NCBI GenBank assembly: GCA_964616485.1
Contig: CAZTRB010000001.1
Span: forward strand, 5,247-69,246
Source: an uncultured Muribaculaceae bacterium
Lineage (GTDB): Bacteria; Bacillota_I; Bacilli_A; RF39; UBA660
Direction: 5' to 3'
DNA: 64,000 nt
In this document: positions 1 through 9,936 of the stretch, one piece after another
How positions within the stretch are numbered: position 1 is the first letter of the stretch
Layout of the letters: each line of letters opens with the position of its first letter
Notes under the pieces: model-generated
Databases searched by the model: none
What the model saw: only the letters and a program-made list of their open reading frames with translations
What the model was told of the DNA's origin: nothing
Position numbers and translations under genes: made by a program

Positions 1-855
1 AATAGTTCTCTAATGTCTTTTGGTATTAAGTATGATGAGATAGATCTTCTTAATGATGACTTTGCTTATGACAAGATAAGAGAGTATTTAGAGAAGAAAA
101 GCCCCAAAGTAATAGCTATTCAAAGATCAAAAGGATATTCTACGAGAAAGAGTCTAATACTTGAAAAGTTAGAAAAAGTAATTAAGTTAATTAGAGAAAT
201 CGATAGTGAAACGATTATCATGATAGATAATTGTTATTGTGAGTTTGTCGAAGATAAGAGTCCTTTAGAAGTAGGAGCAGATGTAATAGTTGGTTCTTTA
301 ATAAAGAATCTAGGTGGTGGAATAGCTCCAAATGGTGCTTATATAGCTGGTAGAAAAGACTTAGTATATCTTGCATCAGAAAGATTAACTCTTCCTAAAG
401 AAGCTAAAGAAGTAGGACCTTCTTTAGGCATCAACAAACAATTCTTACAAGGTTTATTTATGGCTCCCAGTGCTGTTGCTAGTTCATTAAAGACAGCAGT
501 TTTAACAGCTAAAGTAATGGAAAAATTAAGTTATGAAGTAGAACCTAAATACTTTGATAAAAGATGTGATATCGTTCAAAATATAATCTTTAACGATAAA
601 GATAAACTTATAAAGTATTGCCAAGGAATTCAACAAGCATCGGCTATTGATTCAAACGTCTTACCAGAACCATCACCAATGCCAGGATATCAAGACGAAG
701 TTATTATGGCATCTGGTAGCTTTGTTCAAGGATCGACTATCGAACTATCTTGTGATGGTCCTATAAGAGAACCCTATATCGCTTATCAACAAGGTTCACT
801 TACTTATGATTATGGTAAAATAGCTATAATGTTAGCAATTTCTAAGTTAAATTAA
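1..855 (+). CDS. C-terminal part of a YnbB / aluminium-resistance-family PLP-dependent enzyme (Cys/Met-metabolism-like); the 5' end lies outside the window
   Basis: Frame 1 is open from nt 1, with no stop before the first listed Met at 13. The length and sequence pattern (GSLIKNLGGGIAPNGAYIAG...) resemble the YnbB-type family as I remember it. Confidence 0.65.
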   Translation, partial: NSSLMSFGIKYDEIDLLNDDFAYDKIREYLEKKSPKVIAIQRSKGYSTRKSLILEKLEKVIKLIREIDSETIIMIDNCYCEFVEDKSPLEVGADVIVGSLIKNLGGGIAPNGAYIAGRKDLVYLASERLTLPKEAKEVGPSLGINKQFLQGLFMAPSAVASSLKTAVLTAKVMEKLSYEVEPKYFDKRCDIVQNIIFNDKDKLIKYCQGIQQASAIDSNVLPEPSPMPGYQDEVIMASGSFVQGSTIELSCDGPIREPYIAYQQGSLTYDYGKIAIMLAISKLN

Positions 856-885
856 CCAATAAACCTAGAAATTAGCCAAAAGATA

Positions 886-914
886 TTGAATAATACTAAA
901 TAATATTGTATAAT
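886..914 (+). promoter_or_regulatory. sigma-A type promoter for tRNA-Arg
   Basis: TTGAAT (886-891), 17-nt spacer, TATAAT (909-914), about 30 nt upstream of the tRNA. Confidence 0.5.
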
Positions 915-946
915 CCTTATGTACTTTGAAAAGTACAGTTATACGA

Positions 947-1023
947 GTCCTGGTAGCTCAGCAGGATAGAGCAATGCCCTTCTAAGGCATCGGTCAGGCG
1001 TTCGAATCGCTTCCAGGACACCA
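947..1023 (+). tRNA. tRNA-Arg (anticodon TCT), CCA encoded
   Basis: Cloverleaf read by eye: acceptor GTCCTGG/CCAGGAC, anticodon stem ATGCC/GGCAT with loop CTTCTAA, T-loop TTCGAAT, discriminator A plus CCA. Confidence 0.93.
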
Positions 1024-1036
1024 TATTAAAATAAAG

Positions 1037-1066
1037 AAATGCAAGAATCTTGCATTTTTTTTATTA
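1037..1066 (+). terminator. Rho-independent terminator after tRNA-Arg
   Basis: Hairpin AAATGCAAGA-atc-TTGCATTT followed by a T-run. Confidence 0.75.
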
Positions 1067-1221
1067 TATAAAATTTTATATTATTTTTATCTTTGTAAAA
1101 CAATTATTAAAACTGTTAAAAGCTCTATTAAAAAGTGTAAATATAATGATAATTATTGAGGTTTACAAGAATATTTTTAAAAGACATGATATATTATAGA
1201 TAATAAGGAAGGTAGGAAAAA

Positions 1222-2154
1222 ATGTATAATGATATGGAAAAAAAGAAGAGTAGCTCAATCGTAATAATTATTGTAGTAATTTTATCTGTTTTAGTGTTGG
1301 GATTGGGTGGATATATTGTTTATGACAAGGTATTAAAAGGAAATGACAAACAAGAAGAAAAAGAACAAGAAGACAAGAAAGAAGAAGAGAAGGAAGACAA
1401 TAAAAATTCTGGAAAATTATCTGAAGGGAAAATTAACAAACTTCTAGTTGATTTACCATATTATTGGTTTAGTAGCGTTGAGGACGAACCGATGAAGATA
1501 GGTTTATTTACTAATTCAAAAGTTACTTTTGATAATCTTAACCAAAATGTATTATTGAGTCGTTTAACAAAAGAGACATCTTTTGATAATAAGAAAGAAT
1601 CGTCTACATCATGTAGAGCAGCTCTTAATGAGCAAGATGTGAAAAATGTACTTGGTAATTACGAAAGTGTCGTTCTTGATGCTTCACATTGTATTTCTCT
1701 AGATAATTTGAGACAAATTTCTAAAGAAATGTATAATAATGATAACTTTAATCTTAAAGAAAATGAATTGATACCAATACCTGGAGGAGCTTCTATTTTT
1801 TATAAAGGAAAAGTCTATTTCTATCATGGTGCAGGAGCAACTGCAATAAAAAAACAAACAATTGATTATAAGTACGAAGAATCTAGTGATGAACTATACG
1901 TATATGAAAAAATGGTTCTTTTTACAGATGGTCTTACTTATGAAGGGAATACCATGAAGTCACCTTGTTATTCTGATGAAGTTAGTAAATCGTTTGCTAC
2001 TATTGATATTACTTCTAACATGTGGATTGGTGATACTGATATAAACTATGATTTTTCAAAATATAACGAATCATTAAAAGAGTATAAACATACATTTAAA
2101 AAGAATTCATCAGGTAATTATTATTGGTATAGTACAGAACCATTTAGTTATTAA
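1222..2154 (+). CDS. N-terminally membrane-anchored protein with a Lys/Glu-rich linker and an extracytoplasmic domain; function unknown
   Basis: Single hydrophobic segment SSSIVIIIVVILSVLVLGLGGYIVYDK, then an EKEQEDKKEEEKED linker. SD aaggaagg lies upstream. It shares the GYxVYDK junction and a C-terminal YxFK...YY motif with the 33132-33995 product. Confidence 0.75.
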   Translation: MYNDMEKKKSSSIVIIIVVILSVLVLGLGGYIVYDKVLKGNDKQEEKEQEDKKEEEKEDNKNSGKLSEGKINKLLVDLPYYWFSSVEDEPMKIGLFTNSKVTFDNLNQNVLLSRLTKETSFDNKKESSTSCRAALNEQDVKNVLGNYESVVLDASHCISLDNLRQISKEMYNNDNFNLKENELIPIPGGASIFYKGKVYFYHGAGATAIKKQTIDYKYEESSDELYVYEKMVLFTDGLTYEGNTMKSPCYSDEVSKSFATIDITSNMWIGDTDINYDFSKYNESLKEYKHTFKKNSSGNYYWYSTEPFSY

Positions 2155-2171
2155 GAATAAAAGTAATAATA

Positions 2172-2204
2172 AATAGAACAAGATTTTTTGTTCTATTTAT
2201 TTTG
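2172..2204 (+). terminator. Rho-independent terminator
   Basis: AATAGAACA / TGTTCTATT stem followed by a T-rich tail. Confidence 0.7.
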
Positions 2205-2264
2205 TCTAAACAAAGAGAAAAATCAATTAAAATATGATAGAATAATACTATAATTGAGGTGTTT

Positions 2265-2894
2265 ATGAAAAGAATTAATAAGTTTTTAAAAGAGTATTAT
2301 AAGTTAATATTATTTTCTTTAGTTTGTATTATCTTTTTTGTTTTAATTGCCTTTCTTTTTAATAAAGAAATAGTCTCGTTAGATAGTTCTATTTATAATT
2401 ACATATTGGAACATTTTATAAGTGATAAGTTAACTTCTTTTATCAAAGTTGTTACTTTACTTGGTGGATCTTATTTTTTAATTGGCATTACTGTTGGATT
2501 CATGTTTTTTGTTAAGAATAAAAGAATTTCTTTCTTTACTTCTTTCAATCTAATGTTGGCAGCTATTCTTGGCCAGTTGTTAAAGTTTATTATTAGAAGG
2601 CCTAGACCTAACATCTTACCTTTAGTAGAAGAGAATGGTTTTAGTTTTCCTTCGGGTCATTCTTTAGTAAGTATGGCTTTTTATGGTTTTTTAATATATT
2701 TAGCTTATAAAAATATCAAGAGTAACTGGATTAAAATTCCTTTAATAATTGTTCTTATCTCATGCATCTTTCTTGTTGGCTTTAGTCGTATCTATCTAGG
2801 TGTCCATTATATTAGTGACGTCTTAGGTGGTTTTATGATCGCTTTATGTTATTTAGTCGTCTATATTTGTGTATTTAAAAGAATAAAGTTTTAA
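2265..2894 (+). CDS. PAP2-family phosphatase (BcrC-like undecaprenyl-diphosphate / lipid phosphatase)
   Basis: PAP2 motifs KFIIRRPRP, PSGH and SRIYLGVHYISDV in a polytopic membrane protein. ATG 2265 is preferred over GTG 2259 because of the GAGGTG SD. Confidence 0.85.
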   Translation: MKRINKFLKEYYKLILFSLVCIIFFVLIAFLFNKEIVSLDSSIYNYILEHFISDKLTSFIKVVTLLGGSYFLIGITVGFMFFVKNKRISFFTSFNLMLAAILGQLLKFIIRRPRPNILPLVEENGFSFPSGHSLVSMAFYGFLIYLAYKNIKSNWIKIPLIIVLISCIFLVGFSRIYLGVHYISDVLGGFMIALCYLVVYICVFKRIKF

Positions 2895-2936
2895 GATAAG
2901 TCTTTTTACTTGTGTTATAATGTTATTGAGGTGTTT

Positions 2937-3959
2937 ATGAAAAACATTTATGATTTAACTATCGAAGATTTAGAAGATTATTTTCTATCTTTAGGTGAGA
3001 AAAAGTATAAAGCTATTCAGTTATATTCTTGGTTATATTCTAAGAGAATTAATGACTTTTCTAATATAAGTGATATGAAAAAAGAGATTGTATCTAAAAT
3101 AGAATCTTCTTTTATATTTGGTGATATAAAAACAGTTAAAAAAGAAAAATCAAAAGACGTTAATAAATATCTGTTTGAACTTGAAGATGGTAACTTAGTA
3201 GAGAGTGTTTTAATGCGTCACGATTATGGTAATAGTATATGTATCTCTAGTCAGATAGGATGTAATATCGGTTGTCTTTTTTGTGCTAGTGGTAAGTTAA
3301 AGAGAGTGAGAAATCTTACGGCTGGTGAGATGGTCTTACAAATACTTAAAATAGAAGAGGATATAAAAGAGAGAATAAGTCATGTCGTTATTATGGGAAT
3401 AGGCGAACCTTTCGATAATTATGATAACTTTCTTGACTTTATAAAGATCATCAATCATCCGAAAGGACTCGCTATTGGAAGTAGACATATTACCGTATCT
3501 ACTTCTGGTATCGTTCCTAAGATAAGAGAGTTTGCTGACTTTCCTTATCAAGTGAATCTCGCTATTAGCTTACATGCTCCCAATAATAAGATAAGAGATA
3601 AGATAATGCCAATTAATAAAGTATATCCGATCGAGAAAGTAATCGACGCTATTAAATACTATTATAAAAAGACTAATAGGAGGGTTACTTTTGAATATAT
3701 AATGCTTAGAGGAATTAATGATAGTGAAGAGGTTGCCTTAGAATTAGTTAGACTTTTAAGAGGACTAAATTGCTATGTTAATCTAATACCTTACAATGAA
3801 ACTGCTAGTATTGATTTTAAAAGAAGTAAAAAAGATGACATCGATAAGTTTTATGATATAATTAAAAGGAATAATATAAACGTTACTATTAGAAGAGAGT
3901 TCGGTGCTGAGATTAGTGCAGCATGTGGGCAACTCAGAAGTAATAGGGAGGAAATATGA
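2937..3959 (+). CDS. rlmN: 23S rRNA/tRNA A2503-type radical SAM methyltransferase RlmN
   Basis: Radical SAM CNIGCLFC motif, C-terminal ACGQL, and a position upstream of prpC-prkC as in B. subtilis yloN. ATG 2937 follows a GAGGTG SD; the track ORF start at 2910 is probably an extension. Confidence 0.93.
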   Translation: MKNIYDLTIEDLEDYFLSLGEKKYKAIQLYSWLYSKRINDFSNISDMKKEIVSKIESSFIFGDIKTVKKEKSKDVNKYLFELEDGNLVESVLMRHDYGNSICISSQIGCNIGCLFCASGKLKRVRNLTAGEMVLQILKIEEDIKERISHVVIMGIGEPFDNYDNFLDFIKIINHPKGLAIGSRHITVSTSGIVPKIREFADFPYQVNLAISLHAPNNKIRDKIMPINKVYPIEKVIDAIKYYYKKTNRRVTFEYIMLRGINDSEEVALELVRLLRGLNCYVNLIPYNETASIDFKRSKKDDIDKFYDIIKRNNINVTIRREFGAEISAACGQLRSNREEI

Positions 3960-4696
3960 AGACATTTTATTTAACGGATGCCGGTAAAGTCAGGAATCAT
4001 AATGAAGATAGCGTAATTATTACGAAGAATGAGAGTGGCGATTACTTAATGGCTGTTGCCGATGGAATGGGTGGTCACTTATCGGGTGAGGTCGCTTCTT
4101 CACTTACGATAAGTCACTTGAGTAAATGTTTTAATGAGTCTTTTTGTAATATGGAAAAAGCTAAAGCCGTCAATTGGTTAAGAGAGATGGCTACGGAGAT
4201 AAATGATTTAATCTTTACTTATGTCGACGAACATCCTGAAAGTAAAGGGATGGGGACTACTTTAGTCATTGCACTAGTAACTAAAGATTATATTCTTATC
4301 GGTAATATTGGAGATTCTTCTGGTTTTGTCGTTAAGAATTCTAAATTGCATAAAGTAACTTATGACCATACTTTAGTTAATCTTTTATTAAAAGCGGGAG
4401 AATTGACTTTGGATGAAGCTAAAGAACATCCAAAGAAAAATGTCTTGATGAAAGCTTTGGGTGCTAATAATCCGATTGATATCGATATCTTTGATTGTGA
4501 TTTAGATGTTAATTCGGTCTTATTATGTAGTGATGGGCTTACTTCAGTATTAGATAAAGAACAAATAGAGAAAGTCTTAACTAGTGAGTTAAGCATTGAA
4601 GAGAAAGTAGTAAAATTAATTAGAAAAAGTAATAACCGCGGGGGGATGGACAACATATCGATAGCATATATGGATTTATTAGGAAGTGGTGATTAG
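3956..4696 (+). CDS. prpC: PP2C-family Ser/Thr protein phosphatase
   Basis: Motifs NEDS, ADGMGGH and DGLT...GG.DNIS; ATGA overlap with the rlmN stop. Confidence 0.93.
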   Translation: MKTFYLTDAGKVRNHNEDSVIITKNESGDYLMAVADGMGGHLSGEVASSLTISHLSKCFNESFCNMEKAKAVNWLREMATEINDLIFTYVDEHPESKGMGTTLVIALVTKDYILIGNIGDSSGFVVKNSKLHKVTYDHTLVNLLLKAGELTLDEAKEHPKKNVLMKALGANNPIDIDIFDCDLDVNSVLLCSDGLTSVLDKEQIEKVLTSELSIEEKVVKLIRKSNNRGGMDNISIAYMDLLGSGD

Positions 4697-4698
4697 TT

Positions 4699-6426
4699 TT
4701 GATAACGAAGGGGCAAAAGATTAGTGATAGATATGAGATAATAAAAAACATTGGCGAAGGTGGAATGGCTAATGTTTATTTGGCCTTCGATGGAATCTTA
4801 AATAGAAAAGTAGCTATTAAAATCTTAAGAGGAGACTTGGCTACTGATGATAAATTTATTAGAAGATTTCAAAGAGAAGCGATAGCGGCATCTTCTTTAT
4901 CACATCCTAATATCGTCGAGATGTATGATGTTGGTGAAGATAATGGTGATTATTATATCGTTATGGAATATGTCGAAGGAAGGACTTTAAAGCAACTTCT
5001 TAAAAGAAGAGGAACTTTAACGATGTCCGAAGTAATCGATATAATGTTACAAGTGACTGATGGAATAGCTCATGCTCATGCTAGCTATATAATTCATCGT
5101 GATTTAAAACCTCAAAATATTATGATTACTGATGATGGTTCGATTAAGATAACTGACTTTGGTATAGCTATGGCTCTTAATTCGACCCAACTTACGCAGA
5201 CTAACTCAGTAATGGGATCTGTTCATTACTTACCACCAGAACAAGCGACGGGTAAGGGTTCGACGATAAAATCCGACATTTACTCGATGGGAATATTATT
5301 TTATGAACTTTTGACTGGGAAGCTTCCTTTTAAAGGAGATAATGCTGTTGAGATAGCTCTTAAACATATGAAAGATGAGATTCCACCACTTAGAAAGACT
5401 AACCCAGAATTTCCTCAGACATTAGAAAATATAATCTTAAAATCGACGGCTAAAAACCCTAAAAATAGATATGCTGACGTTAAAGAGATGCATGAAGATT
5501 TTAAGACATGTTTAGATGATAACAAAAAGAGCGTACCTAGGTACTTATATAAATATCCTGAACAAGAGGCAGATGAGAAAGATATAAAGTTAGATAATCT
5601 AAAAGATAAAGAGTTTGTCTCAGATCAAGTGGCAAAAGAAATAGTCGAAGATACTCCTAAAGCAAATGCTTTATTATGGATACTTGGAATCGTCTTCTTG
5701 ATCGGTCTTTCCGGACTAGGATATATTTTATACACGACCTTTAAAGGTACTCCTAACATCAAGGTACCAGATGTCGTTAATTTAACGGTAGAACAAGCGG
5801 AGAGAGCGCTTTTAAATGCCGGGTTTAAAGTAGAGAACGAGACTAAAAAAGTATCTGATAACGGCATAGAAAAAGGTAAAGTAGTTAGAACTGAACCGAC
5901 GGCAGGGCGTTTAAGACCACCAGGTTCATCCGTTACTATTTATGAATCGACTGGTAAAGACGATGTTTATACTATAGAAAACTATGTTGGACAAAATTAT
6001 AACATCGTTAAGACTAGGTTAGAAGAAGTTTACTTTATGGAGGTAACGATCGAGAAGAAAGATATCGAGATCGAAGAAGGAACGGATTTGAATTTAATCG
6101 TTGAACAAAGTATTAAAGTCGGAGAAGTAGTTACTATCTCTAAAGAAAATCCGATAAAGATAACGTTGTATGTACCAGATGCATATGAACTTTATCCAGA
6201 TTTTGTTTCTGAAGGATGGACAGTCGAAGAAGTAGAAATATTTGCCGAGAAATATGATTTAACATTAGAAATCAAATATGTCGTTTCTTCAGAACTTCCT
6301 ATCGGAACGATTACCAATCAATCTAGAAGTGGAAGAATAGTTAAAGGAGCTAGTTTCTCAATCACGGTTACTAAAGAACCAGATGATATAACTGGCCCAC
6401 CAGAAGAAGAGGAAGAGAGCCCTTAA
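4699..6426 (+). CDS. prkC: Hanks-type Ser/Thr kinase with a TM segment and three PASTA-like repeats (PrkC/IreK/StkP type)
   Basis: GEGGMANVY...VAIK, HRDLKPQN and DFG kinase motifs; TM segment LLWILGIVFLIGLSGLGYILY; three roughly 65-aa extracellular repeats. TTG start. Confidence 0.93.
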   Translation: MITKGQKISDRYEIIKNIGEGGMANVYLAFDGILNRKVAIKILRGDLATDDKFIRRFQREAIAASSLSHPNIVEMYDVGEDNGDYYIVMEYVEGRTLKQLLKRRGTLTMSEVIDIMLQVTDGIAHAHASYIIHRDLKPQNIMITDDGSIKITDFGIAMALNSTQLTQTNSVMGSVHYLPPEQATGKGSTIKSDIYSMGILFYELLTGKLPFKGDNAVEIALKHMKDEIPPLRKTNPEFPQTLENIILKSTAKNPKNRYADVKEMHEDFKTCLDDNKKSVPRYLYKYPEQEADEKDIKLDNLKDKEFVSDQVAKEIVEDTPKANALLWILGIVFLIGLSGLGYILYTTFKGTPNIKVPDVVNLTVEQAERALLNAGFKVENETKKVSDNGIEKGKVVRTEPTAGRLRPPGSSVTIYESTGKDDVYTIENYVGQNYNIVKTRLEEVYFMEVTIEKKDIEIEEGTDLNLIVEQSIKVGEVVTISKENPIKITLYVPDAYELYPDFVSEGWTVEEVEIFAEKYDLTLEIKYVVSSELPIGTITNQSRSGRIVKGASFSITVTKEPDDITGPPEEEEESP

Positions 6427-6434
6427 GGAGGTTT

Positions 6435-7274
6435 ATGCAAGGACAAATAATAAAAATAATAAGTAATTTATTTTATGTTTATCAAGACGATATTGTTTAT
6501 CCTTGTAGAAGTAGAGGACTTTTTCGTAATCAAAAGATTACTCCAGTAGTAGGAGATTACTGTATAATCGATAAAAAAAATAATTATATAATGGAAATAT
6601 TGCCTAGAAAAAACTTTTTAGTTAGACCACTAATCGCTAATATCGATCAAGGTCTTATTGTGACTAGTTTAAAAGAACCAGAGTTTTCTACAAATTTATT
6701 AGATAAATTTTTAGTCTTATTAGAATACAATAGTATTAAACCGATTATATGTTTAACTAAAAGAGATTTATTGACTAATAAAGATGAATTTTTAGATATA
6801 AAGAAATATTATGAAGATTTAGGGTACGATGTCATGTATAATGACGAGATAGAACGTTTAAAGAAAATCTTTAAAGATAAGACGACTGTCTTTACTGGAC
6901 AGACTGGTAGTGGGAAGTCATCTTTATTTAATCGTTTAGAACCTACGTTAGACTTTAAGACGGGTGAGATATCGAAAGCCTTAGGAAGAGGAAAACATAC
7001 GACTAGACACGTTGAATTAGTAATGCTCTTCGGTGGTAAATTAGTCGATACTCCAGGTTTTTCTAGTATCGATCTGTCGGATATTCCGGATTTAGGAATA
7101 AGGGACGGTTTCTTAGAATTTGAACGTTTCGAATGTCAATATCGTACTTGCATGCATACTGTAGAAACTACCTCTTTTTGTGGAGTAAAAGAAGCGGTCG
7201 AAGAAAATAAGATAATGGCTTCACGATACGATAACTATTTAAAATTTTTAAAGAACAACGAAAGGAGCTTTTAA
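6435..7274 (+). CDS. rsgA: Ribosome small-subunit-dependent GTPase RsgA (CpgA/YloQ)
   Basis: Circularly permuted GTPase: TKRD precedes GQTGSGKSS. C-terminal Zn motif CQYRTCMH...C. Synteny after prkC. Confidence 0.92.
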   Translation: MQGQIIKIISNLFYVYQDDIVYPCRSRGLFRNQKITPVVGDYCIIDKKNNYIMEILPRKNFLVRPLIANIDQGLIVTSLKEPEFSTNLLDKFLVLLEYNSIKPIICLTKRDLLTNKDEFLDIKKYYEDLGYDVMYNDEIERLKKIFKDKTTVFTGQTGSGKSSLFNRLEPTLDFKTGEISKALGRGKHTTRHVELVMLFGGKLVDTPGFSSIDLSDIPDLGIRDGFLEFERFECQYRTCMHTVETTSFCGVKEAVEENKIMASRYDNYLKFLKNNERSF

Positions 7275-7277
7275 CTT

Positions 7278-7937
7278 ATGAAAAAAGTATCAGTATCTTT
7301 TTTAGGAATAAAAAACCAACAAAAAGCCGTCGAGAGACTAGAAGCTAGTAATGCTGATTATATTCATGTCGATGTCATGGATGGAAGATTCGTTAAAGGT
7401 AGAAACAACCCTTATAAATTGTTGACGAAGATGTCAAAGACGATAAGCAAGAGACTAGACGTTCATTTAATGGATAAGAATCCTTTGAAAAACATAAACT
7501 ATTATGCTTCTTTAAACACCGAGTATATATCAGTTCATGTCGAACTTCCTTTGGTAGATAAGTATTTAGACTTAATAAAAGAGTATGGAATTAAGTGCGG
7601 CTTGGCTATACGTCCAGAGACGGACATCTCGATACTATTGCCATACTTATCAAAAGTAGATTTAATTCTCGTAATGAGTGTTAATCCGGGTAAGAGTGGT
7701 CAAAGCTTTATCGAAGACACTAAAGAGAAAGTATTTAAAATTAAAAAGTTAATAACTTCTAAGAAGCTAAAGACAAAGATCAGTGTCGATGGTGGAGTAA
7801 ATGATGAGACCGTTAAACAAATAAGCGATGCCGATATGATTATTAGTGGTAGTTATGTTTTTGGAGCAGAAGACATTAATGAGAGAATAAACACCTTAAA
7901 GAAAGAAGTTAAACCAAAGAAAAAGGTAAAAGAATAA
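7278..7937 (+). CDS. rpe: Ribulose-phosphate 3-epimerase family protein
   Basis: HVDVMDGRFV and VMSVNPG..GQ.F / DGG motifs; conserved position after rsgA. The N-terminus and the Lys-rich tail are somewhat divergent. Confidence 0.82.
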   Translation: MKKVSVSFLGIKNQQKAVERLEASNADYIHVDVMDGRFVKGRNNPYKLLTKMSKTISKRLDVHLMDKNPLKNINYYASLNTEYISVHVELPLVDKYLDLIKEYGIKCGLAIRPETDISILLPYLSKVDLILVMSVNPGKSGQSFIEDTKEKVFKIKKLITSKKLKTKISVDGGVNDETVKQISDADMIISGSYVFGAEDINERINTLKKEVKPKKKVKE

Positions 7938-7940
7938 ACA

Positions 7941-7970
7941 TTAAGACTTTTAATTATTAAGAGTCTTTTT
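7941..7970 (+). terminator. Rho-independent terminator closing the rlmN-rpe block
   Basis: TTAAGACTTTTAA / TTAAGAGTCTT imperfect hairpin followed by TTTTT. Confidence 0.65.
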
Positions 7971-7984
7971 AATTTATCTAATAG

Positions 7985-8013
7985 TTGCAAAAAAAAGGAC
8001 ATAAAGTTATAAT
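7985..8013 (+). promoter_or_regulatory. sigma-A type promoter of the paralog-pair unit
   Basis: TTGCAA (7985-7990), 17-nt spacer, TATAAT (8008-8013). Confidence 0.55.
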
Positions 8014-8036
8014 ATTAAGCCATGAGGTGAAAAGTT

Positions 8037-8972
8037 ATGGAAGCTGTTGGTAGTTATAACTATTATGAGAGAAAATTTTACGAGAAAGAAGTCACGATGA
8101 CTAAAAATTTAATATTAAATTTTTTAAATGGATTAACTAAAGAAGGAATCACTAAAATTGATTATGATGAACTAGTAAATTATATTGCAGCTGTTTTAAG
8201 AGATAGTAGATTTTCTGAATTGACTAGAATTAGAATACCGCATAAAACGACTTTTGATGATGGTAATTCTTTCTCTTTTTCAAAAATGGCTGTTGCTGAC
8301 ATTGAAAAATCTTTTTATACTATTCCGATGTATAATCAAGATAAAAAAGTTTTAATGTTAAATAAAGAAGGTTTAAATCAACATGTAAATTTATTTGACG
8401 AATTCGATTCTAAGCAACAAGATATCTTAGATAAAATCGTAAACAATTGGAAAGTTTATAAAGAACAACCGAATATACGCGTTGAAAAAAGAGGAATAGA
8501 CATTCAATATTATAATACTAATCCTAATAGGACGTATGCGATTTGTACCGATAGAAGGCATGGTATATTTGGTATATTTAATGGTTTAATAGCGAAAGAT
8601 AAACCGATTCGTAGTTGGGACTTATTTACCGATGGTAATGTTGTTGCCGATAGACTCTGTTTAGAAGCGTCTGCTAATTTTCACGAGTATTCTTTTGAAA
8701 ATCCTGAAAGAGAAGGGTTGCCGGGATTCAAAGCGAAGGCTAGTCGTTTCGTTTCAGTTCGTGATTCTGATTGGGTTGGAATTTCAGGGAAAGTTAATGG
8801 TAATTTAAAGCGTTTAGATGTATATGGGCATTTGACGGATAAAGATATTGAAGAGATTTCTCATCTTGTAGAAGATCCTAGTAAATTTACTACGATAGCA
8901 GCTCATGTACCGGCTGTTAAAGTTTTAACACCACAAACGAATAAAACGAAACGCGTAGGTTTTTATAGTTAG
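8037..8972 (+). CDS. Hypothetical cytoplasmic protein, paralog A (311 aa)
   Basis: GAGGTG SD 7 nt upstream. No TM segment or signal peptide. Homologous along its length to the next gene (shared R.WDLFTDGNV and DPSK motifs). Confidence 0.8.
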   Translation: MEAVGSYNYYERKFYEKEVTMTKNLILNFLNGLTKEGITKIDYDELVNYIAAVLRDSRFSELTRIRIPHKTTFDDGNSFSFSKMAVADIEKSFYTIPMYNQDKKVLMLNKEGLNQHVNLFDEFDSKQQDILDKIVNNWKVYKEQPNIRVEKRGIDIQYYNTNPNRTYAICTDRRHGIFGIFNGLIAKDKPIRSWDLFTDGNVVADRLCLEASANFHEYSFENPEREGLPGFKAKASRFVSVRDSDWVGISGKVNGNLKRLDVYGHLTDKDIEEISHLVEDPSKFTTIAAHVPAVKVLTPQTNKTKRVGFYS

Positions 8973-9023
8973 TTTGCCTGTATTAGTTAATTATTATGTT
9001 GTATAAAACAAATGGGGGATAAA

Positions 9024-9905
9024 ATGCGAGACAATTATGTATATTTTGCTAATAATGAAAAGGTTAGAGAGTTTATCCTGAGGTTTTTAGCGACTTTAAG
9101 TAAAGAGGAAGTTCGTCGTATTAATAGAAATGAACTTACTGATTATATCGTATATCTCATGAATGATGGTCGTTATGATTATCTAATGAGATTGCTTAAA
9201 CAACCGAGTAAAAAAATCGATAATACTAATGCTTACGCTTTTACTAAAAAAGCCATAAAAGGTATAATAAAAAGTAATTATTGTCGATCAGTTAATACAA
9301 AAGAAGGCGAGGTATTAATATTAGACGAGAAAACACTCGCAAGATATCGAAGAACTGTTAAAATGTTTGCTGATGATCATCAAAATACTTATAATAAAAT
9401 AGTCGACGACTGGAAATATCATAAAAAACCTAGAGAAAGAAAGATGTCGAAAAATGGAGTATCATTAATATTAAAAGCAGCACTACCTAACGACTCATAT
9501 ACTTTGTGTACGGAGGAGAGAAAAGGTTTGTTTGGTTTTTTTCTACCACAAGATAAAACAAAAATAAAGAGATGGGATTTATTCACCGATGGTAATGTGA
9601 TTCAAGGACCAGTGAGAAGTGCTTTTGGTAAGAAAGTATTAACGCTTAATCCTAGAGATTTTACGGAAGAAGATTTAAAAGCTAGGCAAGTTAAAGACGT
9701 TATTGTAAAATCTGCTGATTTTGTTGCAATGAGAGGTTATGTCGGTGATACTTTAACGAGCGCTTATGTATATACACCTTTATCAGGAAAGAAATTAGAC
9801 AGTGCTATTTCAATAATAACTGACCCATCTAAAGAAGAGATTCAAGTTGCTGATGAAGCTCCCTATGTCAAAACTTTAGGTCCTAAAATGCCTAGGAGAT
9901 TATAA
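9024..9905 (+). CDS. Hypothetical cytoplasmic protein, paralog B (293 aa from ATG 9024)
   Basis: The GGGGGA SD favours ATG 9024 over 9012. Shares the KRWDLFTDGNV and DPSKEE motifs and the N-terminal helix pattern with 8037-8972. Confidence 0.8.
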   Translation: MRDNYVYFANNEKVREFILRFLATLSKEEVRRINRNELTDYIVYLMNDGRYDYLMRLLKQPSKKIDNTNAYAFTKKAIKGIIKSNYCRSVNTKEGEVLILDEKTLARYRRTVKMFADDHQNTYNKIVDDWKYHKKPRERKMSKNGVSLILKAALPNDSYTLCTEERKGLFGFFLPQDKTKIKRWDLFTDGNVIQGPVRSAFGKKVLTLNPRDFTEEDLKARQVKDVIVKSADFVAMRGYVGDTLTSAYVYTPLSGKKLDSAISIITDPSKEEIQVADEAPYVKTLGPKMPRRL

Positions 9906-9936
9906 TTATTTATGGTTTTATTTAATAAAAGATACT

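Noticed and set aside
2253-2943. 19-nt exact repeat ATTGAGGTGTTTATGAAAA at 2253-2271 and 2925-2943.
   Set aside because: Both copies are simply the SD/start-codon regions (GAGGTG-ttt-ATG-AAA) of adjacent genes. The repeat is too short and too functionally explained to count as a repeat element.
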